A DNA stretch of 64,000 nucleotides from Octopus vulgaris (GCA_951406725.2 OX597816.1:83266001-83330000); one strand, 5' to 3'. Counted from the stretch's first letter, positions 41,141 through 56,062 are shown. Translations and numbers: made by a program. The notes: generated from the sequence alone by a model not told the origin.

Positions 41141-41560
41141 AGGCGCAAGAGTGGCTGTGTGGTAAGTACCTTGCTTACCAACCACATGGTTCCGGGTTCA
41201 GTCCCACTGCGTGGCAACTTGGGCAAGTGTCTTCTACTATAGCTTCGGGCCGACCAAAGCCTTGTGAGTGGATTTGTTAGACGGAAACTGAAAGGAACCC
41301 GTCGTATATATGTATATATATGTGTGTGTGCGTGTATGTTTGTGTGTTTGTGTTTGCCCCCCCCCTAGCATTGCTTGACAACCGATGCTGGTGTGTTTAC
41401 GTCCCCGTCACTTAGCGGTTCGGCAAAAGAGACCGATAGAATAAGTACCAGGCTTGCAAAGAATAAGTCCCGGGGTCGAGTTGCTCGACTAAAGGCGGTG
41501 CTCCAGCATGGCCGCAGTCAAATGACTGAAACAAGTAAAAGAGTAAAAGAGAGAGAGAGA
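41141..41560 (+). mobile_element. full-length tRNA-derived SINE family A
   Basis: Head TGGCTGTGTGG (A box)...GGTTCAGTCCC (B box), internal (TA)(TG) microsatellite and (GAGTAAAA) tail. Four further copies occur in the window. Confidence 0.92.
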
Positions 41561-41649
41561 GAGTAACTTGAGAAATTTGTCTCAAAGGTTTGTCTCAAAA
41601 CAACGAAAAAGATCATTTGAATTCATTATATCGCGCAATCAAAACGATC

Positions 41650-41992
41650 GATGCCGCCGCCGGAACCTGCTCGTGAAATTAACGTGCAAGTGGCTGAGCA
41701 CTCCACAGACACGTGTACCCTTAACGTAGTTCTCGGGGATATTCAGCGTGACACAGAGTGTGACAAGGCTTGCCCTTTGAATTACAGGCACAACAGAAAC
41801 AGGAAGTAAGAGTGAGAGAAAGTTGTGGTGAAAGAGTACAGCAGGGTTCGCCACCATCCCCTGCTGGAGCTTCGTGGAGCTTTAGGTGTTTTCGCTCAAT
41901 AAACACTCACAACGCCCCCGGTCTGGGAATCGAAACCGCGATGCTATGACCGCGAGTCCGCTGCCCTTACCAATGGGCCATTGCGCCTCCAC
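41650..41992 (-). mobile_element. tRNA(Arg)-like SINE family C2
   Basis: Head GTGGAGGCGCAATGGCCC...GGACTCGCGGTC...GTTTCGATTCC. Its 5' half is shared with the 34391 element and its 3' half differs. Confidence 0.88.
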
Positions 41993-42668
41993 AATGTAAT
42001 CTGAAAGTGTTAAGAGTACATTGCGTCTCCTTTCGATTTTCCGTTCAAATATTTTTTTGAAATGATATTCGTCTTCTTTCAACGATTCACCTACAATGCA
42101 TGACTATGAATTATATACTGGAGATAGTTCATTCTCCTATAACGTGTATGAGAAATTGTCTTGTGTCTCATGAGAATGAGCTGAAAGATAGCATGACCAA
42201 TAAAATAAGAAGTGGGCTCACATTAAGCTGTGCTCACAGTACAGTTTCGATTTCGTATTGAATTCGCTTCATTTTATTTGCACCTCTCTTATGTGTTTTG
42301 AAAATCTCTACGAATCCGGAATTCTTGTCGATCTCTCAACAAGATATAAGGGGGTGGAAAGAAACACTAAATATGGCGGCAGCGTTCGTCTATAAAGGCT
42401 GAAGCGAAACCGCATCAGAGCGGGTATACAAAGGCATGATAGCACAAAATCAATAACAAAATAGGAAGTTATGGTGACTAATTAGATTTCTTATATAAGT
42501 AATACTAAGCTGCAATCGTCAGCACCATCTCTATAACAACAACCACAGCTACCACCATGACCATCACCTCTACGACTATCCATTATTAAATACGATACCA
42601 TACACACCTAACAGCATATAACGCTCAATCAGCCACATAACCAACCTACCAACCGGTCGACCGACCGA

Positions 42669-42747
<79 letters not shown>

Positions 42748-43524
42748 ACCAACCAACCAACCAACCAACCAACCAACCAAACAACACCACTACCTTCACA
42801 TAAGACACATTAAGAGAAAGATTAAAAACACAATACGATAGAATAAACCCTCAAAACACACGCATGGGCACACATACAGACACACATACAGACGCGCACG
42901 CACACACAAACACACACACACGTACACACATACAGAAGCATACATATGTAAGACACATACACACACAAGCACGCACACGTAAATTTACAGGCACATACAC
43001 ATACACTCAAAATGGCAGCGAGCGCTAAATAAATTTGAAAAAATAAATAAACAAATAAATGAAACTACGTTGCGGTGTCATGCCTAAATGTGAGTTTGAC
43101 AAATAAATTCTGCCACCCAGGTTGCTAGAAGTGATGAGAGCAGTTTTGTGTCACGTCGATTCAAGAATATTATCGTGAACTTCGTCAACATTCTGTGAAA
43201 TTCCTGCGAAAAATATTGGAAACCCCCACCAAGTTAAAAAAAGAAAAAGAAAAAGAAAGACAAAAATAACTATGAAAAACAAAAACGAAACAGAACAGAC
43301 GAAATGTAAAAGTAAAAAGACAAAGAGGAAAAAAAGCATGAAGAAAAGACAAAGAATTATGAATGAAGAAATGGAGATAAGTAAAAAAAAAGTTTAAAAA
43401 GTGAAATAAATAAATGGATAAATAACAAAAGAAAGAAATAAGAAAGAAAGAAAGAAAGAAACAAACAAACAATTTGGATAATGAAAGGGGGGTAATACTG
43501 CAGCAGTAGTCGTAGAAGCTGTGG

Positions 43525-43819
43525 GCGATGACGACGACGACGACGATGATGGTGATGATGATGACGATGATGAAGATGACGGTGACGACGACGACAATGA
43601 TGATGATGGTGACGACGTCGATGATGTTGAAGATGACGATTGCGACAACAATGACAACGATGACGACGATGACGACCACGATGGCGATGATAATGGTGAT
43701 GATGATAGAAACTATGAGACAAAGAGATGTATATAAAAAAAAAAACTTCCAAAACGAGTTACAAAACGAGTCATAGGTAATGTCACGTACGAAGCGTAAA
43801 CCATATTGATAATGACGTC

Positions 43820-43853
<34 letters not shown>

Positions 43854-43934
43854 TCGCTGATGATGATGATGATGATGCAGACGACGACGATGATGGTGAT
43901 GAAGATGAAGACGACGACAACGACGATGATGATA

Positions 43935-43981
<47 letters not shown>
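43525..43981. repeat. two degenerate (GAT/GAC)n tracts
   Basis: Direct reading. These tracts generate the spurious 426-aa ORF. Confidence 0.95.
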
Positions 43982-44204
43982 AGGGATGATTTTCTTTTCT
44001 TTTTTTTCTTTTTTTTTTGGCGGGGTGAGAGTTCAGATTAAATAGATGTTCATAATTGTAACATAAAGAAAAAAAAAATTTTAAGTGAAAGTTAATGGTG
44101 ACAACGGCAGCAGCAACAACAACAACAACAATAACTGAGACGACAACAGTAATAACAGCAACAGCATTGATGACGATGTCAACAACAACGACCCTAAAAC
44201 AAAT

Positions 44205-44240
<36 letters not shown>

Positions 44241-44290
44241 TTCTATATACTTATGCATACATACACGAACACACATACACGCGCGCACAC

Positions 44291-44331
<41 letters not shown>

Positions 44332-44378
44332 CATATGTATGTGGCTATACACATATATGTGTGCGTGTATGTATATGT

Positions 44379-44420
<42 letters not shown>

Positions 44421-44525
44421 TATATATATGTATATATATATATAATGTATATGTATATATAGCACATATATACTAAATATATATGTATATCCAGTATATA
44501 TATATACATACTATATATATACTAA

Positions 44526-44560
<35 letters not shown>

Positions 44561-44561
44561 C

Positions 44562-44620
<59 letters not shown>

Positions 44621-45086
44621 AAACAAACACACATACACATACATACACACACGAAGAACACCTTTATTTCAGAACAACAAATAAATTAAATAATAACGAC
44701 ATCAAAACCAATAGAAATTACGACATCAACGATGACGATGACGACGACGACAAGGGTGATGACGAAGAAGACCATGATGATGATGATGGCGGCCAGGGTG
44801 ATGACGACGACAACGACGACGGCCACGATGTTGATCATTGTGACGATGTTAATGATGGTGATGATACTTCTGGTGGTCTTCATGATGACGATGTTGAAAA
44901 GTTTGGACAAAGAATAAGAGAAAATACAAAAATAAAAAAAAAAAGAAGAAAAGCGATTCCACTGAAATAATGAAAGAATGGAATAAATTATATATGTTTG
45001 TCTTTGCGTGTGTGTATATGTATTCACACTTACTCTCATTATATATGTTTTAGATGTATATACTCACTGATATACGTATATATGTG

Positions 45087-45146
<60 letters not shown>

Positions 45147-45258
45147 CATGTATATATATAAGTATATATGTTCATATATATATATATATATATATATTAC
45201 ATATATAGATATATATATATATATATATATAGATATATGAACATACATACTTATATAT

Positions 45259-45301
<43 letters not shown>

Positions 45302-45448
45302 TGTATATGTACACATATGTATATCTGTGAGTGCAATATCTATATATATGTATATATATGTAAAACATATGTGCGTAAGTTTGAGTATATATATATACAT
45401 ACATATATACGTATATATATATATATATATATCCATATATATATGTAC

Positions 45449-45533
<85 letters not shown>

Positions 45534-46196
45534 TGTATGTATATACGTATCTAATAAAGAAATAATAATATTCATTTAGAAAAGGTTATCAGTCGCGATC
45601 TTTCGAAAATTTAGTGCTAGCTTTATATACAGTGGATTTGCCCTAGGATGGTATTTCAGATGACAATGAAGATAGGAAAGTCTTTTATCACAGGTGACAA
45701 TGAAATTTTGCATTGTCTCAATGAAAATTTGCACTATAATTCAATTTGTTTAAGAAACAAAGTAAAGTGTGTTGATGATATCTAACTGAAGAAGAAGATA
45801 AAAAAAAATTAACGGAAAACAAATCAAAAATAAGAATATAAAGAAGTGCAATAAACGAAAGACATAATCAATGAGAAGAAGAGAGTCATAAAGCTAGTAT
45901 GGTGTAGTTGGAATATATTAGAGAGAATTTGAAGAGCGGGACGAAAAGAGAGAAAGATAATGATATATTGTGCAAGAGTGGAGTGAATTGTTGGGTTAAA
46001 AGTAAGAAAGAATTACGAAAGGATGGGGCAGAGAGGTGAACTGAATACAGTCAGTAAGAAAGAACACACAATTAGAGGATGCCGTGGTGAGAATTTATTT
46101 GGAAAACAATTTTAAGACGCGTCGCTACCACCACCGTATTATCAATTATTGTAAGTATGTATGTGTGTGTTTGTGTGTACACAATCTTAAGTATAT

Positions 46197-46250
<54 letters not shown>

Positions 46251-46600
46251 CGACTGACGTTTTTATTTATTATATATATACATACATATATATATATATA
46301 TAATAAATAATAAATATAAACGTCAGTCATATATATATATATATATGTATATATGTATATATATGTATATATGCATATACATGTTTGCATTTTTGTATAT
46401 ATAATCTATATTAGCCTTCATATGTGTGTATATATATATATGTGTGTTTATATATTTTTGTGTGTGTCTGTGTGTATATGTATGCATATACGTATATATA
46501 TTCATATGTGTATATCAACAAATAAATATAGGTATATGTATATATTTATAAATATGTGTTTATACAGGCGAACATATATATCTATATAACTATATACATA

Positions 46601-46654
<54 letters not shown>

Positions 46655-46748
46655 TTATATATATATACATAAGTTTACACACACATATATATGTATATAT
46701 ACATACATACATACATACATGCATACATATATATATATATATATTATG

Positions 46749-46800
<52 letters not shown>

Positions 46801-47435
46801 GTATATATATATATGCTTACATACGGTTGTATATGTGAATGTATGTATACTTTTTAAGGTACAGCCACAGCTAAATAATGTTTACTTATGTTTATCAATG
46901 TGAGGCTACGTCTGTTGGTGAATCTATCGTCATTTTCACCCTGTTACTTGTTCCAGTCAATGGGCTACGACTATGCAAGTGCAGCTTTTTCGTTTATAGC
47001 TTCAGAATTTTCAAAAAAAAAAAAAAAAAGAAAAACAAGAAAAGCATGCAAATTGCACGCACATATGCACACACAATCTATAAAGTGTTATGTAAGCTGC
47101 TTTGCTTATAAAGCACTATACACACACACTCAGACATAGACACAAACACACACACACTTCTATATGTATATGTATATATTCTTATATGAATATTCCATTA
47201 GTTTTCACACACTGAACTCTTTAATACTTCATGCTTAATAAAATATAGATTGTTAAAAGTTCTCAAATTTCTATATCTGGATCAAGTAACACTACAATAA
47301 CTTCGATAAGTCAGCTACAGCTAAACCTTCAACATATATTTTTTTGACAAATAAACACACGCACTATATATTTTTTCCTTCACTCGCTTATTAGTGTTCT
47401 TATTCTATTATCTTAATTCATTAATTCATGTCTAT

Positions 47436-47480
47436 TGTCGGAGAATGTTTCGTCACACATCTGTGTCCACTTCAGCAACA
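47436..47480 (-). ncRNA. decayed minimal hammerhead
   Basis: TGTTG-CTGAAGT-G-GACACA-GATG-TGTGAC-GAAAC-ATT-CTC-CGACA. Stem I has 5 bp and stem II 5 of 6 bp. Two core substitutions. About 70 bp from a long TA array. Confidence 0.5.
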
Positions 47481-47547
47481 CTTTTCGCGTTCGCGTGTGT
47501 TCTTGCTCCACTTGCTCAAAATCTTGCAATACAAATTAATAAACGTC

Positions 47548-47595
<48 letters not shown>

Positions 47596-47644
47596 GTGTA
47601 TATATATACATATATACATATATATATACATGTTTATTTATATA

Positions 47645-47776
<132 letters not shown>

Positions 47777-48524
47777 TCGAATGACCCGTCCTTGTTTTCT
47801 TTGTATCTGTCAGCAAAAGACCATTCACAAGTCGCCATCTTAATCTTGCCGATGTCTGTAAAAATGACCTTTTAGGAAATTTTCTTTCACTTAAAACATT
47901 ACGGGATACAAAAATATCCTTTGGTAATCAAAAATAGCGGATGGCTTTCAAGCGTTCGAGCAAAATTATATAGAATGAGAAAAATGTGGCGAAAAGCAGT
48001 CTTCAAATAGTGTCCAATTTCCGTTTTTCACATTCAAGAGATACTAAAGATTATGAAGTTCAAAACATGTTTTAGTCCTACTTCAGTACAACCCATTTTA
48101 AGTTCTACATAGTTTTCACAATCTATTAGGCGATGGAGATGAACTTTCTCATTTCATAATACTTGGTCGATACTTGTGTATATACTAAAGTACATTGAAT
48201 TACTATATACCTTTCTTGCAAGGAAAACTAAGGAGAATGTTTAGAACTTAGAACTTCTCAGCTAAGCTTATCCTATTCAATTGGTAGGAGTTAAAAATGA
48301 CTAGCGTATGTAAAAATAGACGAATCATAGTGAGTCTAATTATAAATATCAACTACAATGCTACCCATCAGAACTTCTGTGAGATTGCTTTATTGAAACA
48401 CTTTATTGAACACTGACGTGAAAATTTAACAAGCATGAGACATGGTTCTGGCCATTTCAACCGGTTAATTCCTTTCTTTACGTCTTTTCTCTCTTTCAAT
48501 TTCTCTTCGCTTCCCACTTCCACT

Positions 48525-49360
48525 AACCACGTGGCCAATGAGCTAACATGTTCTTTGTACACTAGTCATGGTTCTGCATACAAAATCGTCCACAAGCTTC
48601 GCTTCCGTAAAGTGTGTGCGAGATGGGTACCAAGAGAGCTTACCAAAGCGCATAAGCGCAATTTTGTGGAGTTCTGTCGGCGCTTGATCGACTGCGACAA
48701 AGAAGGCGAAAATTGTTGGGAGAGAATAGTCACAGAAGATGGAACATGGGTCCACCACTTTGCGCCCGAATCCAATAGGTAGATTATGGAGTGGAAACAC
48801 TCACAATCGTAATCGAAAAAGAAATACAAGACTCAACTTTCCGCAGAAAAAGTGATGCTAACCGTTTTTTTGGCACGCAACATTGGAACATTACCTGGAA
48901 AGGGGGCCTACTTTCACCAGTGTAGGCACTGTAAAACCAGCCATCTACACAACATGCTGTTGCGAATCGAATCAAGTGTTGTTATTGCATAACAATGTAT
49001 GCCCACATACGGCTGCCCACACATTTGAAAGCATTGAAAAATTGGGTTTCGAGTTGTTGGAGCACGCTGCATACAAGGCAGGTCGCAACACTTCTGACAA
49101 TTGCCTATTTGGAACGCTCAAATATCCTTTATGATATCGTCAATTTGCTAGGAAGGAAAATGCGTAGGAAGAGATGCATAAATGGCTGTGTCATAATCCG
49201 AAAACTTGCTTTTTCGATGGAATAAGCAAGCTTGTGGACAGCTGGGAGAAATGCATCGAAAAGCAAGAAGACTGTCGGAAAATGATGTAATTGTTTAATC
49301 CCTGCTTTCGTTTCAATCAATTACAGGGTGCGTACAATTTTTGATCTACGCTTCTGTGTA
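48525..49360 (+). pseudogene. mariner (DD34D) transposase pseudogene with eroded right TIR
   Basis: KVCARWVPREL (WVPHEL motif), IVTEDGTW (IVTGDETW), KVMLTVF, LLHNNVCPH (LLHDNARPH) and a degenerate YSPDLAPSD. Contains stops and frameshifts. Confidence 0.92.
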
Positions 49361-50913
49361 TATACATGTGCCTCACATAGTATATTGTGTATCGAAATCT
49401 TGCAAGTAGGAGTCAAAAAATTTCTCCCACCAGTAGTTATTAAATGTTGAAGACCGAAAGCAAGAGAGATAATTATAAGGTTATCAACTTATCCATGACA
49501 TTTAGCTGAATCGAGACTAGGTAATCATTGCTTTATAGAAAGTAAATGTCGTTCGTTTCTCAACAGATTTTCTTACATAATTCTGCTTTCAAAGTGATAG
49601 GTAGGGTATTTTAGTTCATTATTTGCAATTGCAAAAGAAAAACAATGCTTTGGTATTTTCCTTAATACAGTCATACGCATACGCACACACATGTGTATGT
49701 ATTCCCCACCCCCATATAATATATATATATATATACGTGTGTATATGTGATGTACGTGTGTACTTATGTATGTGCATGCGTATATATACAATATTTTGAC
49801 AGTTGGATTCATAGGTAAATATATTGGAAAAGACAGGCGTAAATAAAAGAAATAGATAGACTATGACACAAACATGTAGATCGATCTGTGTAAATATATG
49901 TATATAATGTTTGTATGCATATCTGTGTGTGTATGTGTGTGTATACTTGTATATGTGCCTATGTATATTCACATGCATGTATGTATGTATGTATGTATGT
50001 ATGTATGTATGTATGTATGTATGTATGTATGTATGTATGTATGTATGTATGTATCTGTGCATGTATGTATATATTTTTGTATGTACGTATATGTCTTTAT
50101 ACACAGACAAAGAGAAGTGGGTGTGGAAAATAGAGGTGGTGAGAGGCAAATTGAGATTAGAGCAAAAATATTGATGTACCTATGTGTTCAAATGGAAGCA
50201 AACTAATTCAAAATTTCTCTTAAAAGGAGAAAGAAACCTTCTGAGATTTTGTAATTTTGTTTTTCTTTTTTGTAAAATCAAAATAGCACGAAACTTGATA
50301 AAGATTGATTGTTTAATTTTCTCTGCATAAAACAGAAACGACGCAAAATGTGTGCATTTGTATTGTTGTACATTTTGTGAGTGTATACATGCGTGTGTTT
50401 TTGTGCTTGGAGAATAAACGGAAAGTAAAGAAGAGCAAGAGAGAGAGAGAAAGAGGAAGAGAAAGAGGGAGATGGAAAGAGAAAGCTAAAGAGAAAGAAT
50501 GAAGCTTGATTCGCGCGTAAAAGCGATAGGAGGGAAAATGGCGGAATTTAGGTTTGTACCGTGTTGTGGATAGCAATTAGGCGGTGTGACTCTAATTATG
50601 GAGCTGTTGAATTGATTAAAATCAGTTGTCGTAGATTGCATTTTGTTTCAAATATATTAAATCAGGTCACAAGATGGGTTTGGTGAGCATGAGTTTGTGT
50701 GTGTATGCGTGTTTGTGTGTGTATGCGTATGTATGTGTGCGCATGTCTATGCGGGTGTGTTTGTGCATGCGTTTATGTGTGAGTGAATATGTGTGTTTGC
50801 TTTTTGATTTCTTTATTTTTTGTCCTTGTTTTGGTTTCGCTTTTTATTGTTTTGTTTTGTTTTGATGGTTAGAAAGTTGTGGAACAAGCTATTCAACCAA
50901 GCTTAGAATGTCA

Positions 50914-51063
50914 TTCTTCTTCTTCTTCTTCTTCTTCTTCTTCTTCTTCTTCTTCTTCTTCTTCTTCTTCTTCTTCTTCTTCTTCTTCTTCTTCTTCTTC
51001 TTCTTCTTCTTCTTCTTCTTCTTCTTCTTCTTCTTCTTCTTCTTCTTCTTCTTCTTCTTCTTC
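50914..51063. repeat. perfect (TTC)n, about 50 units
   Basis: Direct reading. Confidence 0.98.
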
Positions 51064-52344
51064 TCGTTTCTTTACTCCTCCTCCTCTTACTGGTTATCAT
51101 TATCATCAACTCCATCTTCATCATTACTGTCATCACCACCACCACCTGCATTATCACTGCCATCGTCTTCTAGATAGTTATCACCATCATCATCATCATC
51201 ATCATCATTATAACCACCTCCACCACCACCACCACCACCACCACCACTATCACCATCATCATCACCAACATCATCTCGATCATCATGATGATAATCGTTG
51301 TTATCGTAATCGCCATTGTCGTCGTCATCCTCCCAATTATCATCACTGGCTGCTGTCGCCATTACTATAATTATCATCAACCCCCATCAAAGCCGTCATC
51401 TTTACCATCTCCATCGTCAGGAACATCACTAATGGCACTAGTATTACCACCCACCTTCACTACCACAAATACCACCACCACCACCATCACCACCACCACT
51501 TTCATCATCACCATCATCATCATCATCATCATCATCATCGTCGTCGTCGTCGTCGTCGTCATCATCATCAATACCCCCCCACCACCAACAACAACAAACA
51601 AACAATCAAAATTATTAACATTTTTCAGTAGTCACACAGTGACTACATATTATCTCTACACTACCGAGCGCGTCTCTGGTCGTCTTGGTTGTATGCAGTG
51701 ATTTGTTTTGGCCGTGTATTTTATTTTAATTCAAGACACTATATAATAAGTGAGCAATGCCTGAGCTGGGGTGGTTCATTATGTATTTCTCGGTTTGATT
51801 TTAATCATGTTCAAGGTAAATTACTATTCTAAAGATTGTTTCTGTTTTCATTAACTGTTTTCGGGTTGTCTCTCCAGAACTTTATATCTACCTAATTTCT
51901 CCACATTTTTAAGAGGCATTACTGTCCGTTGGGACTGATGCATCGATATGATGGATAGCTTCATTTCCAAGTGGTCCTTGACAGAGGCTCTAATCGATTA
52001 GCGCTGATCTCCCTCTCAGGGTGAACTGCGATATCTCAGGATTTGGTCGCTTTGTTATTCTATGAGATCTTTTCTCGTGTGTTTATGCTGTATGTTGGTA
52101 ACTAACAATACTTGTATGTCATCCTGTATACGAAAGCTCTCGATCTGTTAAGGTAGCCAGTGATGTAGTATTTCTCGGTTAAGACTGAGCATCCAAAATC
52201 GTGATTGTTCCTTCCCCTCCTCCAAATATTTTGCGCATGCTTAATATTTTCTGCTGCATTACATACTTTTTTGAGGTTTCTTATAGGAAAATATTGATAA
52301 TTTGTCACTATGAAGAATCTTTTAGTCTCAGTTTTGAAACATTC

Positions 52345-53680
52345 CTGCTCAGCCACTGCTGCAATTTTCTTCATTTTCCATAGCCGGACTATTTCGTACT
52401 TAAGAGGGTTGTATTTATCTATCTTTTCACCTTCCTTCTTGACTATCCGTGGGTCAAAGGGGCATGCAACGTCAACTATACAGCATATGTGTTGCACCAT
52501 GTCCACTACCACTAGGTCTGGTCTTTTATGCTCTAGCACCTGATCTGTTTGGATTGGAAAATCCCAGAGATTTTGCTAGTCTCCGACTCTACCACTCGCT
52601 GAGGTTTGTGCTCATAACACGTCTTGCCTCTCTTTAGCCGCCACTTTTCTCACAGTTTCCAATGTAGCACTTTTGCTACCTGATCATGTCTCCACAGCTT
52701 GTAGTGGTTCTGGGCAAGTCTAGGGCTTTCGTTCATGATATTGACAATAGCTTCATCTACTCTATTGCAGATGCTGCACAGCGAAGACTCTTGCTAATTC
52801 CTCAGGTTGACCCTCCAGTTCGTGGCCAGAGCTTGTTCCTATGCTGCCAGTATAGTGCTCTCGGTCACTTTCTTTTAGGGTCCCTTTCATCAGCTAGGCC
52901 CACCTATTTTTCTTGAAGCTTCTGTTGTGGCTACATGTAATTGATTGTGCAGTCCCTTCTGGTGTTATTCTTCTTCATGTTCTTTTTGTACTTATTCCTT
53001 TATCTTCCCTTTTTTTCTCTACTCTCAATACTCTCTCCTTCCTAACTGTCACTAGCAAGGTTCCTTACTTTGGACTAGGTATCTCATTAAACTCTCGAGT
53101 TGATACGCATGCCGTCTTCTACACTTACCACTCACCCTCCTCTATTGTTCTCTTTATGTTTAGGCTATCAGTGTCTGCACGTGGATGATGGGCTCCATGC
53201 ATCGTTAGGAGCTTTCTTGACTTCCTGTCCATCTCCTTTAACTCCGTCTCTATCCACTTCAGGATTCCGGCGCCATACCGAACTACTGTCTTTGCGCGCG
53301 AATCTATTGCCGAAATTATGTTCGTGGCATTCAGCTTTGAAGCCAATATTTTTCTTACCCGCCACGGGTACTCTCTTTTTATTTTTTCTTTAATGTCGTG
53401 GTGTTTGATTCCATCTGCTTCAAGTATACCCAGATATTTATTGTTGGATTGGGATTGAATTGCCTTCATCATTTAACCACTTGGCAACATGTATTCTGTC
53501 CTGGCAGGCGTTCTTCGTCTCATCACCATCGTAGCACATTTTGAGAGTCCAAACTCCATCTTAATATCATTGGAGAAAATCCGCACAGACTGAGCTAGGT
53601 TGTCCCGTTCCGCCTCAGTTTTTGTGAATAGCTGCAGGTCGTCCACGAATAGCAAGTAGTTTAGTTTTCCCTTACCTCTT
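52345..53680 (-). pseudogene. R4/Dong-clade non-LTR retrotransposon fragment 1 (RT end, CCHC region, restriction-like endonuclease)
   Basis: LNYLLFVDDLQLF...DIKMEFGLSKC, KYLGILEADG...HHPRADTD, RHDQVAKVLHW and HKRPDLVVVD...IVDVACPFD...KEGEKIDKY. Confidence 0.92.
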
Positions 53681-53689
53681 GTACATCTC

Positions 53690-54755
53690 TCTTGTACATC
53701 TCTACATATTCTGCAGTTACTTGTTATGTTTCTTTTTATTATATGTTTATGGTAATTTCTGCTGGGGAGACTTTGGTCTTGTACTGCAATTAAAAATCCT
53801 TCATTCACTACTTTGAGTCCTGAGCTTCTCAGCCATTGTTGGTATTTTGCTTTCTCTATTTCCTTTCTGTTTAGTTTAACTCAGCATTTGCCATGAAGGG
53901 GCTTTTCTTGCCATCGTTTAATCATAATGCGTTGCTGTACCAGTTTTAGTTTGGATTTCAGTTGTTTTACAGCTTTTGTTGTTTCTTCTTTTACTTCATA
54001 GTTGTTAGGTACTATGACTTCATTTTTTCTATTTTTTGGCTTCCTTAAAGACTGAAAACAGTTTTTGCTTTATTCGTGTTTTGTGGCTATTTGTATTAGT
54101 TTTTCTTACTTCTAAAGTAGGTATTTCTGTACTCCTATGGTTTTTATTTTGTAATAATTTTCTAGCCTCTGACACCTTCGACACTTTGTATATATAACCT
54201 TTCTATATAAGATTTTGGGTGGTGCATCCTAAATCCTTTTATTACTTTTCGTGTTTTCCTGTCTATTTTGATTAGTTCATTTAGAGTCCAGTTAAGAATA
54301 TTGTAGCTCTAACTTATCACTGGGACAGCTTTTATCTTGTTTTTCGTATTGAGCTCTATTTTCAGTATTAATTGAACTCGTCTATAATATTTTTTGTATT
54401 ATCTTCTCTTTCATTAGTTCATTGATTCCTGAGTATTTGTGTGTCTGGTTTGGGTCTAATTCTCTTATTTCATTTGCTTTTTAGGTAGATTGTTCTGCAC
54501 TTCTTGAGACAGAATTCCATTTTAATATCAGTGCTAAAACAGTGGACTTTGATCACCAAGAACTCACTTGTGTCTCATCCTTGCCATACAGTTTCAAATC
54601 ATCCATGAAGAGGAGTGGTTGAATATTTGGGATTTTTCCTTTAGTTGGCACCCCAGGTTCATTTACCTAAGTGCGAAGGTCAGAGATATCATGCAAAGAA
54701 CAAAAAGCAACGGAGATAAGCTATCACCCTGGAAAATCCCTCTGTCTGACTTTTA
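53690..54755 (-). pseudogene. R4/Dong-clade fragment 2 (different, more AT-rich family)
   Basis: GIFQGDSLSPLLFVLC, HLLFMDDLKLYG, DIKMEFCLKKC, RMHHPKSYIERLY and EGFLIAVQDQSL...CRIC. Truncated inside the zinc finger. Confidence 0.88.
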
Positions 54756-54837
54756 ATACTAAGGATGAAACATAGCGTCGGGTAGAGATTTTACATAAAA
54801 CACTCACATGCTTTTGTAGTCCATACTCTCATACTTT

Positions 54838-55165
54838 TGTGGCTCAGTGGTTAGAGCGTTGGGCTCACAATCATGAGGTTGTGACTTCGATTTCCGGACC
54901 GGGGTGTGTGTTGTGTTCTTGAGCAAGACACTTTATTTCACGTTGCTCCAGTTCACTTAACTGTAGAAATGAGTTGTCATGTTACTGGTGCCAAGTTGTA
55001 TCGGCCTTTACCTTTCCCTTGGATAACATCGGTAGCGAGGAGAGGGGAGGCTGGTATGCATGGGTGACTACAATCTTTCATAAACAACCGCGTCTGCACT
55101 TGTGTCTCGGTGGGTAACTTTCTAGATGCAATTCCATGGTCATTTATGACCGAAGGTGGTCTTTC
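54838..55165 (+). mobile_element. tRNA-derived SINE (head and core as 36710, different tail)
   Basis: TGGCTCAGTGGTTAGAGCG...TTCGATT...TTCTTGAGCAAGACACTTTATTTCACGTTGCTCCAGTTCAC. Confidence 0.82.
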
Positions 55166-56062
55166 CGCATTAACCTCTACATAGGGTAGAGTAATACCAA
55201 GGCGACAGTCAAGAGAGATAGCGTTCTGTGACTCGTTGCCATATTTGTAGAACAGTTTGGGAGAATGGTATGTGTACAGTTAATTGGCCAATGGTTTGAA
55301 ATTGCTATTTACTGGTAAGGGTTAATGAATAAAAGAAGATGATAATGTTAAGTGCAGGCAATGCAAGCAGTTAAATGAGATGGCTGACTGCTTCATCCCT
55401 AGTTGCTCGATCTTTTCAAAGTCCATATTAAGAATATATTACAAGCATGGATGTACACTCCTTTATCTCATAGCTCTGCCAGGCAGACTTTTTTCTCTTT
55501 GAGGCAATTTATATTTAGGAACTGTGCGTTGTAGGCTGTGCCAGTTGAAGAGGAATGACTGAAACTGCTTTCCCCATTTCTTCAATTAGATTTTTCTGTT
55601 TGGGAAACAGTACGTGCGTTGGTTATTGCCGCTGTTTTAGTTGTTATCCTTAATAGTTTTGCTTAAATTGTCCAAATGATATATTTCATGTCATATATTT
55701 CGTTGTTAAACACATCTTCCTGTTGAGAAGTTGGATGTTTCTTTGTTTATTCGTTTTACTATGACACGTATTCGTTTTCACTCGAAAGTTGTAGAGAGTT
55801 TCTGCGTCAAGTAGCCAATTTGTTAGCTTATGAGTCGATAAAAAATATATCCTTTCTCAAACGGAGTAAAATAATACAAAGAATTATATTTCGAGCCCTC
55901 TGCGTAAAACCTTCATTTTACTTGGTAAGAATCTCCGATGGTGAGGGAGCGATGCGAAAACAAATTTAATCTCATAGAAGTAATAGTTGTAGTAGTAGTA
56001 GTAGTAGCAGCAGCAGCAGCAGTAGTAGTAATAGTAGTAGTAGTAGTAATGATAATTATGAT

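Noticed and set aside
41141-41215. tRNA genes at SINE heads
   Set aside because: A and B boxes are present, but there is no complete cloverleaf and each head continues into a SINE body.
43185-44465. 426-aa ORF and the many other YI/CV/HT/poly-residue ORFs
   Set aside because: They are translations of microsatellites that lack stop codons in some frames, with no protein-like complexity.
55300-55440. Plus-strand KCRQCKQLNE..C zinc-finger-like piece of another RLE LINE
   Set aside because: Short, the His ligand is missing and there are no supporting neighbouring motifs.
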